A stretch of DNA of 64,000 nt from Folioceros fuciformis (GCA_049999805.1 JBNGIO010006273.1:53637-117636); one strand, 5' to 3'; shown: positions 13,350 through 25,189, numbered from the stretch's first letter. Translations and numbers: made by a program. Notes: a model not told the origin generated them from the letters alone.

Positions 13350-14423
13350 AGCATAGTCCTTAGTTAAATATACATATAGAATACGAACAGGCACGAACCG
13401 TGCCCTAAAGAACGATTACCCGTCAACCGTCGTATAGGTTCACGGGACACGGCCATTAAGGCCTCACACACTCACACATTTTTGAAGAATTCATTCATTA
13501 CTCATCTTTCCTACCCTATCGATCCCGTTCACGCTATGGTATCAGAGCCCGTCAATGGACTCCGCCATGTCGCCTCCTAGTGTGTGTGAGATCTATAAAT
13601 CCGAGTCCTGCATTAGGACTTTGACACATGAAAATTTTTCGAGCTGCAATTCATGCACTCAGACTCTCACTCACCCGGTTTGGCGTGATGGCGGAAGCCT
13701 TCTTGGCGGAGGTTGTCAATCACTACTACGCGTAGCATTTGCGTACCTGGCGCCAAGGAACATTGAGCCACCCTGTTGAACCTACGTCTGCAAATTGCTA
13801 GATCGTCACCTCGGTCTCTGTCCTGCACAGTATGATCAGCCCAGTACACTTCTAGCATGGTCTGCAACTAGTTCACTGTGTGTGTAAGACTCAATCCACT
13901 GTAGGAAACAAGCTTGTGTAGGAACACCAGATCTTCTACATGTCTTTCGTAGCGTTCTCATGTACACTAGGAAACAGGTGATGATAACCGGGTATCCCTG
14001 CACACAGGAGTCAGTCCATAGGCCTGCACAAGATAGGTGAATGATTGGACTGCTATTCTAAGCAATGCCTCGCAATGGCCGCTCAAGGCGCACTTTCAAT
14101 CCACAAAGAGCCAGTGTAGCGGACGTCCGTCACCCTGCACCTACCAAGCTATGAGTTCTTGCAATACTTGTGGAAGAAGTGCACACCTGCGTCCATCTGC
14201 GAGCACACCTGGAACCACGCCTGGTCAGACAGAGCCGGCGTTGAAGACTATCCACAATTTGCTTGCTGAGGAGCGCCGTCACACTCACGCAACACTGTGC
14301 GATTTTCGGTGGATGCGTGAGGTTCAGGAGGAGCGCCTCCGCAACAAAGTCCTCATAGGGTACTCCGACCAAGTTAAAGCCTACAAACTTTGGGATCCCG
14401 TCACCCGTGATGTCATCCACTCT
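13350..14423 (+). mobile_element. Internally deleted Copia fragment (LTR, PBS, post-integrase piece)
   Basis: tRNA-Met PBS TGGTATCAGAGC at 13537-13548. Post-integrase motif VLIGYSDQVKAYKLWDPVTRDVIHS at ~14350-14423. LTR start uncertain. Confidence 0.6.
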
Positions 14424-17312
14424 ATGAGATATTATAGGCTTATTTCCTGTCCATCTTTAGTAGGGCGTTATATTTGGGAGTTCCTTGGTTGGGAGGCGGT
14501 TTTTGAGGTAGTTAGAAGTAGCTACGGCTTCTGCCAATAGCCCTTTGACAGACCAGCTAGCTTAAGGAGTGACCGTGAAATTTCTAACAAAGACCTATTC
14601 AGTCTCTCGGCAAAGGGATTTTGAGAAGGTGTATAAGGGACTGTATATTGACGTAGGATTCCTTTTAACTTGCAGAATGACTGGAAAGCGTGACTGGTGA
14701 ACTCTCCGGCATTATCAGTTCGAAGGGTACCTACCAGAAAACCGGTCTGCCGCTCACTCATGAGGAGGAACTCTTGGAAGTAAGCTAAGGCCTCATCCTT
14801 GTGTTTGAGAAAAAAGATGTGGGTATACCTGCTCCACTCATCCATGAAACTCAGGAAGTATGAATGTCCTCCTAAGGAGGGTGTACTCATAGGCTTGCAA
14901 ATGTCAGAGTGTATTACCTCGAGAAGTCGACGAGCTCGTGTAGGTGATGGGTCAGTGAAGGGAAGTTGATTTAATTTTGTATACTTACAAATCTCACAGA
15001 AAAAGTCTTGTGGAATACTGATCTTGATGGGGTCTCTATACATTGATGAGTTGGCGAAGGCATTGAGGTACCTTGGGTTGATGTGGCCAGCTCTACAGTG
15101 CCATAAGAGTGCTGTATTGGAGTTTTCTTTGTTGGAACTGTCAACTAACAGTGAGGAAGCTGAGTGAATGTTTAGCAGATACAAGTCATTATACGGGAGA
15201 CCATGAGCGAGAGCAGTTTGTGATGGGTCCTTGGCGTGGCTGATGGTACAGTGATTACCTTGGAACACTATTACCAGGTCATGTTCAGTGGCAAGTTTGC
15301 GTACAGATAGGAGGTTTTTTGTCATGGAGGGTACGTGTAAAACTCCATTGATGATGAGGTGTTCTCCATTGGATAGCCGAAGTCGAACTCCACCAGTTCC
15401 TTCGATTGATAAAGCACTGTCGTCTCCAAGCAGTACATGTTGGTCCGACAGTACATGGTAATAGGTTTCAAACGTATCTCTACTGCTGCAAATATGTGTG
15501 GTCGCCCTTGAGTCGAGGAACCACCTATGTGGATCAGTCCTGGTTAATGTGAGGCAAACTGCGAGGATGGAGTTTGCTGAGGGCAGCTTTGCTCCCGTGG
15601 TCACATGTGACTCATATCGAGGGTCATCTCTCCGTGGTTCTCCAGATTGCTTCTTTCTACACTCGCTTTCGTAGTGCCCGAGTATCTTACACCAATTACA
15701 TATGCCTTTCTGACTTCTGTTGGCAAATGGTTTGTAGCCTTGATTAAAACCAGGTTTGATGAACTGACCAGGTGTTTTCCGTCTGGAAAAACTGCCAGTT
15801 CTGAATCCTCCTCGTCTTGCGCCTCGTCCTCTCAAAGTGAATAACACGTGAGACATCCCAGCATTGGGACATGTGCTGCCTCCTCTACTGGATTCCTCCT
15901 CGAGTAAGGCTGCTATCACTTCTGATAGTGTGTTGGCTTGTGGCGTATGAGATGTTTGGCGAAGCAGCACATTCTGTGAACTCACAAAAGTTCTGTTTGA
16001 AGCAGGCAACGAAGTTAGAAGGGTGATGGCTGCTTGGTGCTCTGTAACAGTTGTGCCACTGGAAGCCAGCTTTGCTCTTGCAGAGCGGAAGTTGTGAACA
16101 TGGTGTTCAACCGTTTCAGTCTCTTTCATTTTCAAAGAGTAAAATTGTCGAGTTGCATTTATTAATGTCATCAAACTCTGTGCTTGAAACATGTCGTTGA
16201 ATGTGCTCCAAATGCCGTGAGAGGTCGCTTGACCATGGGTATGTTGAAGCATATTTCTGTCGACGGCAGAGATGAGTAGATTTCGAGCTCTCTTATCTTT
16301 CCTAACCCAGGCTGCGATCTCGTCTGCAGTTGCTGGTGGTGAAGATGTGGTTGATGGCTTGGGAGTGGTGTTGTCGACGATGGTCATCAGGTCATGCTCC
16401 TCAAGCAGAGCTGAAATTCTCATTTGCCAAATGTCATAGTCGCTTCCTGTGAAGCGATCTCGGTCACGAAATTCCAACTTCGTGGTGTTGAAGGTCAATG
16501 TTGTACTCGCGGCAGATGAACCCGAAGTCGCCATCATGTGACGGCTGCCTTGATTTGTTGGTTGCGCTTACGCCAGGGTTAGGTGTGAGCGCGTGCAGGC
16601 CTACGAGGTGTAAACGTACCTACTTCCTCTGATTGAGGACGAGCTCGCGAACCTCTAAGTGCAGTGCTTCAATTTGAGATTCGATGCAATTGAGTTGAAT
16701 TCTGATGTACTCTGGTGTTGCGGGAACGGCAGCAGGGAACGGTGCAGCATATGCACATCCATGGCTATGGCAAGGACGTATTTCGGGTACTGATTGTGAT
16801 GGAGGTGCCGTCGATGTTCGCAGCGGCAAGTAAGTCACGCTCTAGCGCGACTGATTCCCTTTGACGCCTCTGGCTCTATTGAATCTTTCGGTGCAGCCCT
16901 TATAGAATCTTGGAGACGGTGATGTGGGTCGTCCGTGGGGCGCGTAGCTTGCTGGTGAACGGCGTCGAGGCATGTTATCGTTCAGTGCGCACGGCTAGCA
17001 TCGTACGATTCTGCTTCGGGCCATGCTCACGGACTGCAATCGCGTAGGGGCGAGGCGCGGGGAAGAGGCCGAACCAGCTCTGATACCATCATACAATTAT
17101 GAGTGCGGAATAGAATATTTATTAATTTAGGTAGATGTCTTAAATACACATTCGTAATACGGTTTCAACTGTTTAACCGTATTTACGGTTTGTTTAATCT
17201 AAACTGCTTTCGGTTTAATAACTGCCTGTAAAACCCTATGTGTGAAACGTGCCCTAAAACTTGAGGGGAATTAAACTCTGAGTTCTACAGTATGTACATG
17301 GATACTCCAACA
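14424..17312 (-). mobile_element. Ty1/Copia LTR retrotransposon, 3'-truncated (5' LTR, PBS, extra ORF, gag-PR-GAG_pre-integrase-integrase; no RT)
   Basis: PBS complement GCTCTGATACCA at 17077-17088. ORF 14522-16537 has the CX2CX4HX4C knuckle, WFLDS, LWHCRAGH, IHSDIC and RTDNAGEF. Homology continues frameshifted to ~14424. Confidence 0.9.
14522..16537 (-). CDS. Copia gag-pol polyprotein (gag, protease, integrase), truncated
   Basis: 671-aa ORF with the Copia domain order gag-PR-IN. Confidence 0.9.
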   Translation of the reverse strand: MMATSGSSAASTTLTFNTTKLEFRDRDRFTGSDYDIWQMRISALLEEHDLMTIVDNTTPKPSTTSSPPATADEIAAWVRKDKRARNLLISAVDRNMLQHTHGQATSHGIWSTFNDMFQAQSLMTLINATRQFYSLKMKETETVEHHVHNFRSARAKLASSGTTVTEHQAAITLLTSLPASNRTFVSSQNVLLRQTSHTPQANTLSEVIAALLEEESSRGGSTCPNAGMSHVLFTLRGRGARRGGFRTGSFSRRKTPGQFIKPGFNQGYKPFANRSQKGICNWCKILGHYESECRKKQSGEPRRDDPRYESHVTTGAKLPSANSILAVCLTLTRTDPHRWFLDSRATTHICSSRDTFETYYHVLSDQHVLLGDDSALSIEGTGGVRLRLSNGEHLIINGVLHVPSMTKNLLSVRKLATEHDLVIVFQGNHCTISHAKDPSQTALAHGLPYNDLYLLNIHSASSLLVDSSNKENSNTALLWHCRAGHINPRYLNAFANSSMYRDPIKISIPQDFFCEICKYTKLNQLPFTDPSPTRARRLLEVIHSDICKPMSTPSLGGHSYFLSFMDEWSRYTHIFFLKHKDEALAYFQEFLLMSERQTGFLVGTLRTDNAGEFTSHAFQSFCKLKGILRQYTVPYTPSQNPFAERLNRSLLEISRSLLKLAGLSKGYWQKP

Positions 17313-18030
17313 AGCAGGGGATGATCGCTAGAGGCAGCAGCATGGGTGGAGCAGCATCGTGTGGTCACGCACAAAAGGCAATAGTGGGAAGGCAAGAGGG
17401 GGGGAGGGGACTTAGGCCGCAAGCAAGAGTAGGTGGGACAAATCCAGCATGGCCAGACATTGTTGATTGCAGTTGCAATGCCAAGAAGCGTGCCACCCTA
17501 CACCAGTAGTCCAAAGCGCCACCCCAAGCAACTCTACAGCCAACTCCACCAACACGATGCCCAACACTCTCCACCACATGCACGCATGCGCCTGGACACA
17601 GGTGCCAAGCTGCGACATGCATAGCTAGGGATCAGTGGTAGCAACTAGTGAGCGCCAAGCAAAAAAAAACTAGTGTCAGCAGACATATCTGTTTGTTCTT
17701 GCCAGACTGTCCTAGGCATCCAACAGCCGCAGCAGCAGGGGATGATCGCTAGAAGCAGCGGCATGGGTGGAGCACCATCATGTGGTCACGCATGAAAGGC
17801 AGCAGTGGGAAGATAGGAGGGGGGGGGGACACTTAAGCTGCAAGCAACAATAGGTTGGACGAATCTAGGAGGGCCAAACATGGCTAGCTGCAACTGCAAT
17901 GTCGAGATGCGTGCCACCCTACACCAACAATCCAGAGCGCCAGCACCAGCAAGTGTACACCCATGGCAACTCCGCCTACACGCCGCGCAACGCTCTCCAC
18001 CACAGACGCACGCATGAGCCGGAGCGGCCA
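17313..18030. repeat. Diverged direct duplication of ~290 bp (about 17313-17605 and 17733-18030)
   Basis: Both copies start AGCAGGGGATGATCGCTAGA and share GCGTGCCACCCTACACCA and CTCTCCACCACA...CACGCATG. Confidence 0.75.
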
Positions 18031-19437
18031 CAAGCCACAGGGATGCAGTGAGGGAACAACACGTCGTCTTCTACTAAACGTGCATGCATCTGTCGAAGCC
18101 TACAAATGCCTCGATGCGGAGATGAGCGGGCTGATGTAAGAGTAGCACCTTGTAGATGATATAATGTTTAGGAACTTCATATTGAGGTGTGCGTCGAAGT
18201 GTTTTTTTTGCTTTTTTGCTAAGTTGGGAGTGAAATTGGGTCAGGTTCTAAGAAGGTCGAGGCAAGAGCTCCTTGGCCCATGAAGTTTTTAGTTTTGAGT
18301 TGGTTTAACCAATAACTAGTCCATGGATTAGGAAGGGGTGGGGGGGCTCATTGTTCCTTGGCCTTCAGCCTTTGAACAATTTACAAAAGCCTATATGAGG
18401 AGGAACCCCATAACTATAGAATCAGGTTGTGATTGGGGTCAGCTCGGGCTTAGGACATCACTGTCTGTGGACTTACGCTAAGAAGGGAGGTAGTCAAAGC
18501 TCGATGACAGTCGTGGAAGGTGGAAAGCGGTCGCAGAAGGAGCAACCGGCAGTGGAAGCCGCTACTGGTAGAGGAGAGACGACTCCGGTAGTGGGAAGTC
18601 CTACTGCGGTCGCAGAAGCAGCGACAATCGTGGAACCAGCAACCGAGGTTGCTGAAACCCCTACTCGCACCAGGAGGACTAGAATGAAGACAGCCGTAGG
18701 CAGAGCGACTGGAGGCGCTCCAACATCCTTGGTGGGCAGAGAGCAGATAGTTAGGGGAGGGACTAGGGCCTAACGTCTGCCAATGAGGACCCGGAATGGA
18801 TACTTCTTCTATTGTGTCCGGGTATGGGGGTTAACCCCTTGTAAATCAAAGGCAGTCCTGAAGGAGCTCACAGGCCTGGGTGGAGAAGGAACCTGTAAGG
18901 GTCCTTAGTAACCAACGGTCNNNNNNNNNNGGGGGTTAACCCCTTGTAAATCAAAGGCAGTCCTGAAGGAGCTCACAGGCCTGGGTGGAGAAGGAACCTG
19001 TAAGGGTCCTTAGTAACCAACGGTCAATGGAGGAAGAGATGACTCCAAGGCGGGCCCCACCCTTGCCCAGCTAGGATAGGTCAGCCAGCAGCGAGAGCGA
19101 GATGGAGATTTTATGGGAGGATTTGGGAGGATTTGCCGTATCAGCAGCATGGAAGGAGAGCCCAGGGATTTGGCAGTAGAGGAAGGAGGGCCAAAAGAAC
19201 GGATAGGAGGAGAGCGCGGCACTGAGGTAGGCCAGGAGTTATTGCATCTTAAAATAGAATTTAGATGAGATTCGGTAAAGATGGTATCTTAGACCCGATG
19301 CCGCCCATAATTAAGGGCACCTTTCAAGATGACCGTTTTTAGAACTAGACTTTATGGCAGGCTATGGCTCCCGCTCGGAATTTTTTTTATAAAGAGGCCT
19401 GTTGGTGCCTCTCTAATAAGCCAATGTTGGAAACACT

Positions 19438-19815
19438 TCCCGGTCAAGATCCCCACACGGCCAGGGTGGGCAGCGTGTGCGAGAAGCTCCTAGGAGGAGT
19501 TGAGAGCATTGCTCCGCGGCTAGTGGCAAGAGGGATGAATCCGCAAGATCTGCTGGCATGGGAGGTTTTCTCCTCCCCTATTCCCCGAGTTACCTATCGT
19601 GTCCGAAATTCGAATGTGTGTGTAAGACCATCTCCCGGTTGAGATCCCCGCATTGCCAGGGTGGGTAGCATGAGCAAGAAGCTCTTAGGGGTGGTCGAGA
19701 GCATTGCTCTGCGGCTAGTGGTAAGGGGGACAAATCCGCAGAACCTGCTGGCATGGGAGGTTTCTCCTCCCTTATTCCCTGAACTAACCGCTGTGTTCCG
19801 AAATTCCGTGTGTGG
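19438..19815. repeat. Diverged tandem duplication of ~196 bp
   Basis: CCGGT(C/T)(A/G)AGATCCCC...GAGAGCATTGCTC...CTGCTGGCATGGGAGG...CCGAAATTC occurs twice (from ~19438 and ~19634). Confidence 0.75.
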
Positions 19816-19991
19816 AAGCGTGTGTGTGAAGACAAAGGGTGAAGGGGTAAGTGAAGAGAGTGTGTATGTGTGAGTGAGTTGAGTGAGTTTAAAGTTCACT
19901 TTCCAAAACGCATAAGGAAAAAAAAAACATACCTTTCATGATATCTGGTATGTCAAACATCAATCTTGTGGGGCCTCAAATATATAGCATT

Positions 19992-20580
19992 GGGGGTCCT
20001 TGGCCTTTGAAAATCGTAGCACCATACATCACTTGGGGTCCTTAGCCTTTGAAAATCGTAGTACCATACATCACTTGGGGTCCTTGGCCTTTGAAAGTCG
20101 CAGTGCCATACATCACTTGGGGTCCTTGGCCTTTGAAAATCGTAGTACCATACATCACTTGGGGTCCTTGGCCTTTGAAAGTCGCAGTGCCATACATCAC
20201 TTGGGGTCCTTGGCCTTTGAAAATCGTAGTACCATACATCACTTGGGGTCCTTGGCCTTTGAAAGTCGTAGTGCCATACATCACTTGGGGTCCTTGGCCT
20301 TTGGAAATCCTAGTACCATACATCACTTAGGGTCCTTGGCCTTTGAAAGTCGCAGTGCCAAACATCACTTGGGGTCCTTGGCCTTTGAAAATCGCAGTGC
20401 CATACATCACTTGGGGTCCTTGGCCTTTGAAAANNNNNNNNNNNNNNNNNNNNNNNNNNNNNNNNNNNNNNNNNNNNNNNNNNNNNNNNNNNNNNNNNNN
20501 NNNNNNNNNNNNNNNNNNNNNNNNNNNNNNNNNATCGCAGTGCCATACATCACTTGGGGTCCTTGGCCTTTGAAAATCGC
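19992..20580. repeat. 42-bp minisatellite (GGGGTCCTTGGCCTTTGAAAATCGTAGTACCATACATCACTT), at least 11 copies, interrupted by an N gap
   Basis: Directly visible array; explains the AFENRSTIHHLGSL-periodic ORFs. Confidence 0.95.
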
Positions 20581-20934
20581 AGCAACCAATATCAATCGGG
20601 GCCCATGGACTATGATACCTGCTTTCGTGGAGGGGCCTCTTGGCATCTTAACCATGTCGACATGGCTTTTGGATTTTGAGGTTTCTGCTTCCATATCAAG
20701 ATGTTCCTTGAATGTTGAGGTTTTTGGTCCTTAGATTCGATTACTTCGCAACCACGAACTCTTAGCACTTTGATACTCAAGAAAATAACCATGAATATCA
20801 GTCCTTGGAGTTTGAGCAACAAAGTTTATCCCAGCTTGTAAGTACTTCAAGACATATGGCCCCACTATTCTTTAACTAGTCCAATTACTTGCATTCGACA
20901 ACAACTATATGTCATTTGGTCTTCTAGACCGACG

Positions 20935-21160
20935 TGGACCAAATGTCATTTGAACCATCAGTGACCTTATGTCCAGTACACCAAAAGCGACCAAATGTCT
21001 CCTACACCAAATGCGACCAAATGTCTCTTACACCAAAAGCGACCAAATGTNNNNNNNNNNACACCAAATGCGACCAAATGTCTCTTACACCAAAAGCGAC
21101 CAAATGTGCTGCACACTGGAAGCAGCCAAATGTCCTGCACACCGCAAGCGACCACATATC
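20935..21160. repeat. Short tandem array built on GACCAAATGT / ACACCAAA(A/T)GC units
   Basis: Repeated GCGACCAAATGTCTC(C/T)TACACCAAA, with a 10-N gap inside. Confidence 0.85.
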
Positions 21161-21330
21161 TTGCCTTCACACAGGAGCCTAGAAGCAGGATGTCCAATGC
21201 TTGAGAATAGAAGGAGCTCAAGCGCCTAGCTCCTGACAAACAAGGAAGCCACTACTCAACTCGCCACTCATGCCCACAACTAAGAGCAAGGAACCATGAC
21301 GTGGAGTGCTAGAACACCATCTAGTGCAGA

Positions 21331-21680
21331 AGTGTGCCGGTCTACCGGTGCACTTCTGCTCTAGCCGGCTGCTCGAGTGCACCGGTCTACCGGCGCACTG
21401 GAGCGCGAACCGGCCGGAGTGCGCCGGTCTACCGGTGCATTGGAGCCCGAGCCGGCGGGAGTGCGCCGATAGACCGAATATACAAATTCCGGTATATTGT
21501 ACAACCGAATATACAAAATCCCAACTCCAGTGACCGGCGCACTGGTATATTGTATATAGTTTCAAGGCCAACCAGGATGACCCAGTTTTTGTGTGAGACT
21601 TAACTTGACTTAACTTGAACTTGTCCTTTACTAGAACATGAAGTATTTTGAATAGCTTATGCGCCGGTCAACCAGCGCAC
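21331..21680. repeat. Second cluster of GTGCGCCGG-TCTA-CCGGCGCAC hairpins
   Basis: Copies at about 21332, 21377, 21419, 21461, 21530 (half) and 21660; the first four are spaced 42-45 bp apart. Confidence 0.8.
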
Positions 21681-24600
21681 GATATGTTTCAATTGTTAAA
21701 TATCAAATTTCGCGTAGAAGACTCACAATGTTTACTGCATTTATTTTAGTTTTATTGACATTTGGTGAATAAATACTATACGCATACATGTCGGTGGCCT
21801 TATTGTTTGTGAAAAGAGATCAAAGGTAGATATGGGCACGGATCAAGACAAACTTAAAAAGCGCAAAACGGGCTTTGTGGAATCCGCTCATCTGGGTTAG
21901 ACCTTGTTTATCAGTATGGTTTCATCTTTAACACACTTATAAACTTATTAATCCTAATCACATAGAAAAAATCATGTTAGGGGCTCAAGAAGACTTTGTT
22001 GGCCCCAACACATTACTACCTAAAACTTATAAAAGAATCGCTCTAGAAAGGTCTTTGGAACCCACACTTGGATATTTTCCTTGTTCTAATCTGTGTTCTA
22101 ACACTTGCGACAACAATCTACTATACCAGGTGTCGTGCACCCAGAGGCAAAAGTCTGCACCGTGGGTCTCGCGCGTTGGCAAAGAATGGCGGATTGCACG
22201 CGAAGCCACTCCAAAGCAATGATCGGACTCACAGAATCCTTGTGGAAACCTTACCGGTTTGGTGGCTACGTTGCATCATTTAGTGGACCCCATCCGGAAG
22301 GACAAAGATGGTTAGGTGAGGGTGGGGCGAGAAGGGTGAGTAGAGGCAGGGGGTGCGAGATGGGGACACGAAGTGGAAGATATGCAAAGGAATGCTCCAA
22401 TCCGAGTGCTTACCTCGGGGCATTCTTGACTGGTTGTTGCAGCAAGGCTTACCGGGTTTGTCCCTTGAACGTCGGAGTCATTCCACAATCTCTCGTGAGA
22501 GATTCGGACTGAATCGTCAGATGGGGAGGTGCTAACACTTGGGAAGTGTACCCAGTGGGGAGCAGGATCCCCTCGTCGACAAAAGCCTGGGAGCACCCTC
22601 CATGGATGGCGAGCGAGTGGGAGAGAGATGGAAGAGAATAGAGAGACTAGACACATACTTACCAAAAACCGAGGCCCCTGCTGGGATAGTAGGTCTATCC
22701 TTTATAACAAAAGTGGGCTCTTGGCCTGAGAGACAACCATAAATGCAAAATTATCCTAAGACTTGGGCAGGCTAGTCCTGCTAAACAACAGTTGGCTCAT
22801 TTTAATGAGCCAATGGTGGAGTGGGCAGTGTGGGGTCGGAGGAGGAATTCGTAGGAGATCTTCGTGTCAGTGAGGTGGGCCCCAAAGAAGTTTCTGCCCC
22901 TCCAATCGCTATTGCCAGATGGACAGAGCTGGCCGAAGGAAACCGGACTAACAGCTGGAGGTCCAGTGAGGAAGGTCAGGCGGTGGGGTGTTAAGGACCG
23001 CTCAGAGCTGTCCGTCCGCCCGTAGGTGCTGGTCCTGTCAACACCATCTTTGCTGTTTTGGTCAGGTTCCGCAGTACCTCCCCATGGAAGAAGGCGTGAC
23101 TATCATCCACCTGGTGGATGGTGTCAACTACCATCCTCGGAAGGGTCCTGTACTCTGGTCGCCATCATGCCTTTGGGAGCTCAGCATATTGGGCTGCGAC
23201 GGTGTTGACATGCCAACAGAGTTCTTCCAAGGTGGCGGAGGTGCCTATTGCCGATTCCCGAAAACGGAGAGCGAAGACCGCTTTGGTTTGAGCCCGAAGC
23301 AAGGTGACCTCACATTGGTCCTCATGGACCTTGTAGTCGGCCAGCTGCGATTGCAACTCCTTGGCGTTGCTCCAAAAGCCGTTCACTTAGTTGATGAGTT
23401 GCTTCCACTCCTGCTCCCAGACTTCTCCATGACTCTACATGGTCTAGCGAGTCTTGGCGAGCTCCATCTTCAAAGTGCGGACCTCTTGATGGGCAGCCTT
23501 TTTTGCCACCTGCGAAGTTTGCAGTTTGGCCCGCATCTCTTCCACTTGCTGAATGGCCTTTGCCAACTTTTGAGAGGCCTCCTCCTCTAACTCGAGGGCC
23601 CGGTTGTGCTCCTTTCGGTACCGGTCCTTATTTGATGTATACTGGCGATAGGCAGCCAGGGAGTCCGAGTCCCGTTTCCTCCATGCCTGCCGCTCCTCAA
23701 CATGTATGGTCTCCATCTTGGAGTGCGTTCTCTCCAGCTCACCCTGAGCGGCTCCGATTTGGTTCTCTAGGTCCATGTGCCCACTGGCGAGTTGGACCTT
23801 AAGGTCCGTTAGTTCTCGCAGGTAGCTGTGCCACTCCTCCCGGTACCTAGCTGACTCCTCTAGCAGCTCAGTAGTATGTTCGGCTGCTTTCTCTCTTAAG
23901 TTGGATAACTGAGTAGCTAGCTCAATCATCCTCCTCGGGAGGGCGATGTTTTTGCCCTCCCGTGCCGCCACCTGTTCGAAGGACCAGGCAAGTCCTTCTG
24001 CCACACTAGCCACAATCCCTTGGGCTGCTTGTGTGGCACCCTCTGAGGTCACTCCGGTGTAAAACTGATAGTTGGGAGGTAGCTTGGCCCTCCCGGAGGA
24101 CGTCTAGATCGCCCTCCGCATGGGCTCTAGGTCTGTGATGCCTCCGTTGATCAAATCCTCCAGGACTATTGATCGCAAGAGGGCTGGGGTGGGGACTACA
24201 AGAGCGAGGAGATCCTATGGCTTTGGGTTTAGTAGAGGGCAGGGACTACAAAATTGGAAAACCCCAAGCTCCCACTGCTCCATCAAATCACCGGCCGCAG
24301 TAATCCAGGGAGCCAGATTTGGATAGGACCTTGTCTGGATGTGCTCGGCGTTTGTTGAATAATTAATTGTTAGTTTATGATACATTGTTATATACCAAGG
24401 GGTGCTTCATCTGAAACCCTAGTTGGTAGTTATTAGTTGTTGTAACCGTTCATGGGACATGGACACATAAGTGCCTAGTTCCCATATTCAATAATATATA
24501 TATCTGCTTTGTGTGCTCTACGTGAGTAATCTCACGGTCGTGTTCGATGTTCACATATACTTCATAAATGCTACATGGTATCAGAGCACCTCGTTCTGAT

Positions 24601-24685
24601 CCTTGGTGCTCAACGGCTGTTTCTTCTCTAAGCACACCTGACTACTAATGGCAATTTCAGCCAAACCCTAGTGCTTAGTGACAGG

Positions 24686-25189
24686 ATGCCTCGTAGGAAT
24701 TCTAGTAGGCAATCTTTGCCAAAATTCGACAAAGAGAGAGTCAGGCATCCTGCTAAGATCATATTTGAAAAGAAGCCCAACAAGAATTTTGTATTTGCTG
24801 CAGAAAAAGAAGATTGGGATCGGCGGTGGATCACCAATTATCTCAGCAATCTTGGAGATAGTCGGGATTCTGATTCAGAATCTGAACAACCACAACGGAG
24901 GTCTCACATCAGAAATCAGCACTTGCGTATTGCATCATCGAGCACTCGACAGGCGCCAGAAAAATTGGTACCATACGTCGAAAGGTTTACAGAGCATGAT
25001 GCAATCCTGAACTCCATCCTGAACATTAGAAGTAAAGTGCTGGAGTATACCACTCGTGCTGATCATCTGCAATCAAGACAAGAATGCCTTGAGCATCTTT
25101 GCATTTCAGATCTGTCTACAATGGCTAAGCAAGAGCAAGAAATAAACACCCTTAGGGAGCAGATTGCTCACCTGTCACTACCCCACTAA
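24686..25189 (+). CDS. Extra ORF upstream of Copia gag (basic N-terminus MPRR, C-terminal coiled coil), function unknown
   Basis: Uninterrupted 167-aa ORF between the PBS and the gag ATG (~25215). Confidence 0.6.
   Translation: MPRRNSSRQSLPKFDKERVRHPAKIIFEKKPNKNFVFAAEKEDWDRRWITNYLSNLGDSRDSDSESEQPQRRSHIRNQHLRIASSSTRQAPEKLVPYVERFTEHDAILNSILNIRSKVLEYTTRADHLQSRQECLEHLCISDLSTMAKQEQEINTLREQIAHLSLPH

Noticed and set aside
18826-19025. Exact ~95-bp duplication around a 10-N gap
   Set aside because: Typical assembly overlap artefact.
19992-20734. Repetitive ORFs (AFENRSTIHHLGSL)n and a CRISPR-like look
   Set aside because: Pure 42-bp tandem repeat without unique spacers. Frames are open only because the unit is a multiple of 3. 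No cas genes, eukaryotic context.
21331-21480. Palindromic repeats with spacers resembling a CRISPR array
   Set aside because: Few degenerate repeats, spacers related to each other, no cas genes; better explained as transposon-associated hairpins.
22988-23590. 200-aa plus-strand ORF
   Set aside because: Antisense shadow of the minus-strand coiled-coil frame.
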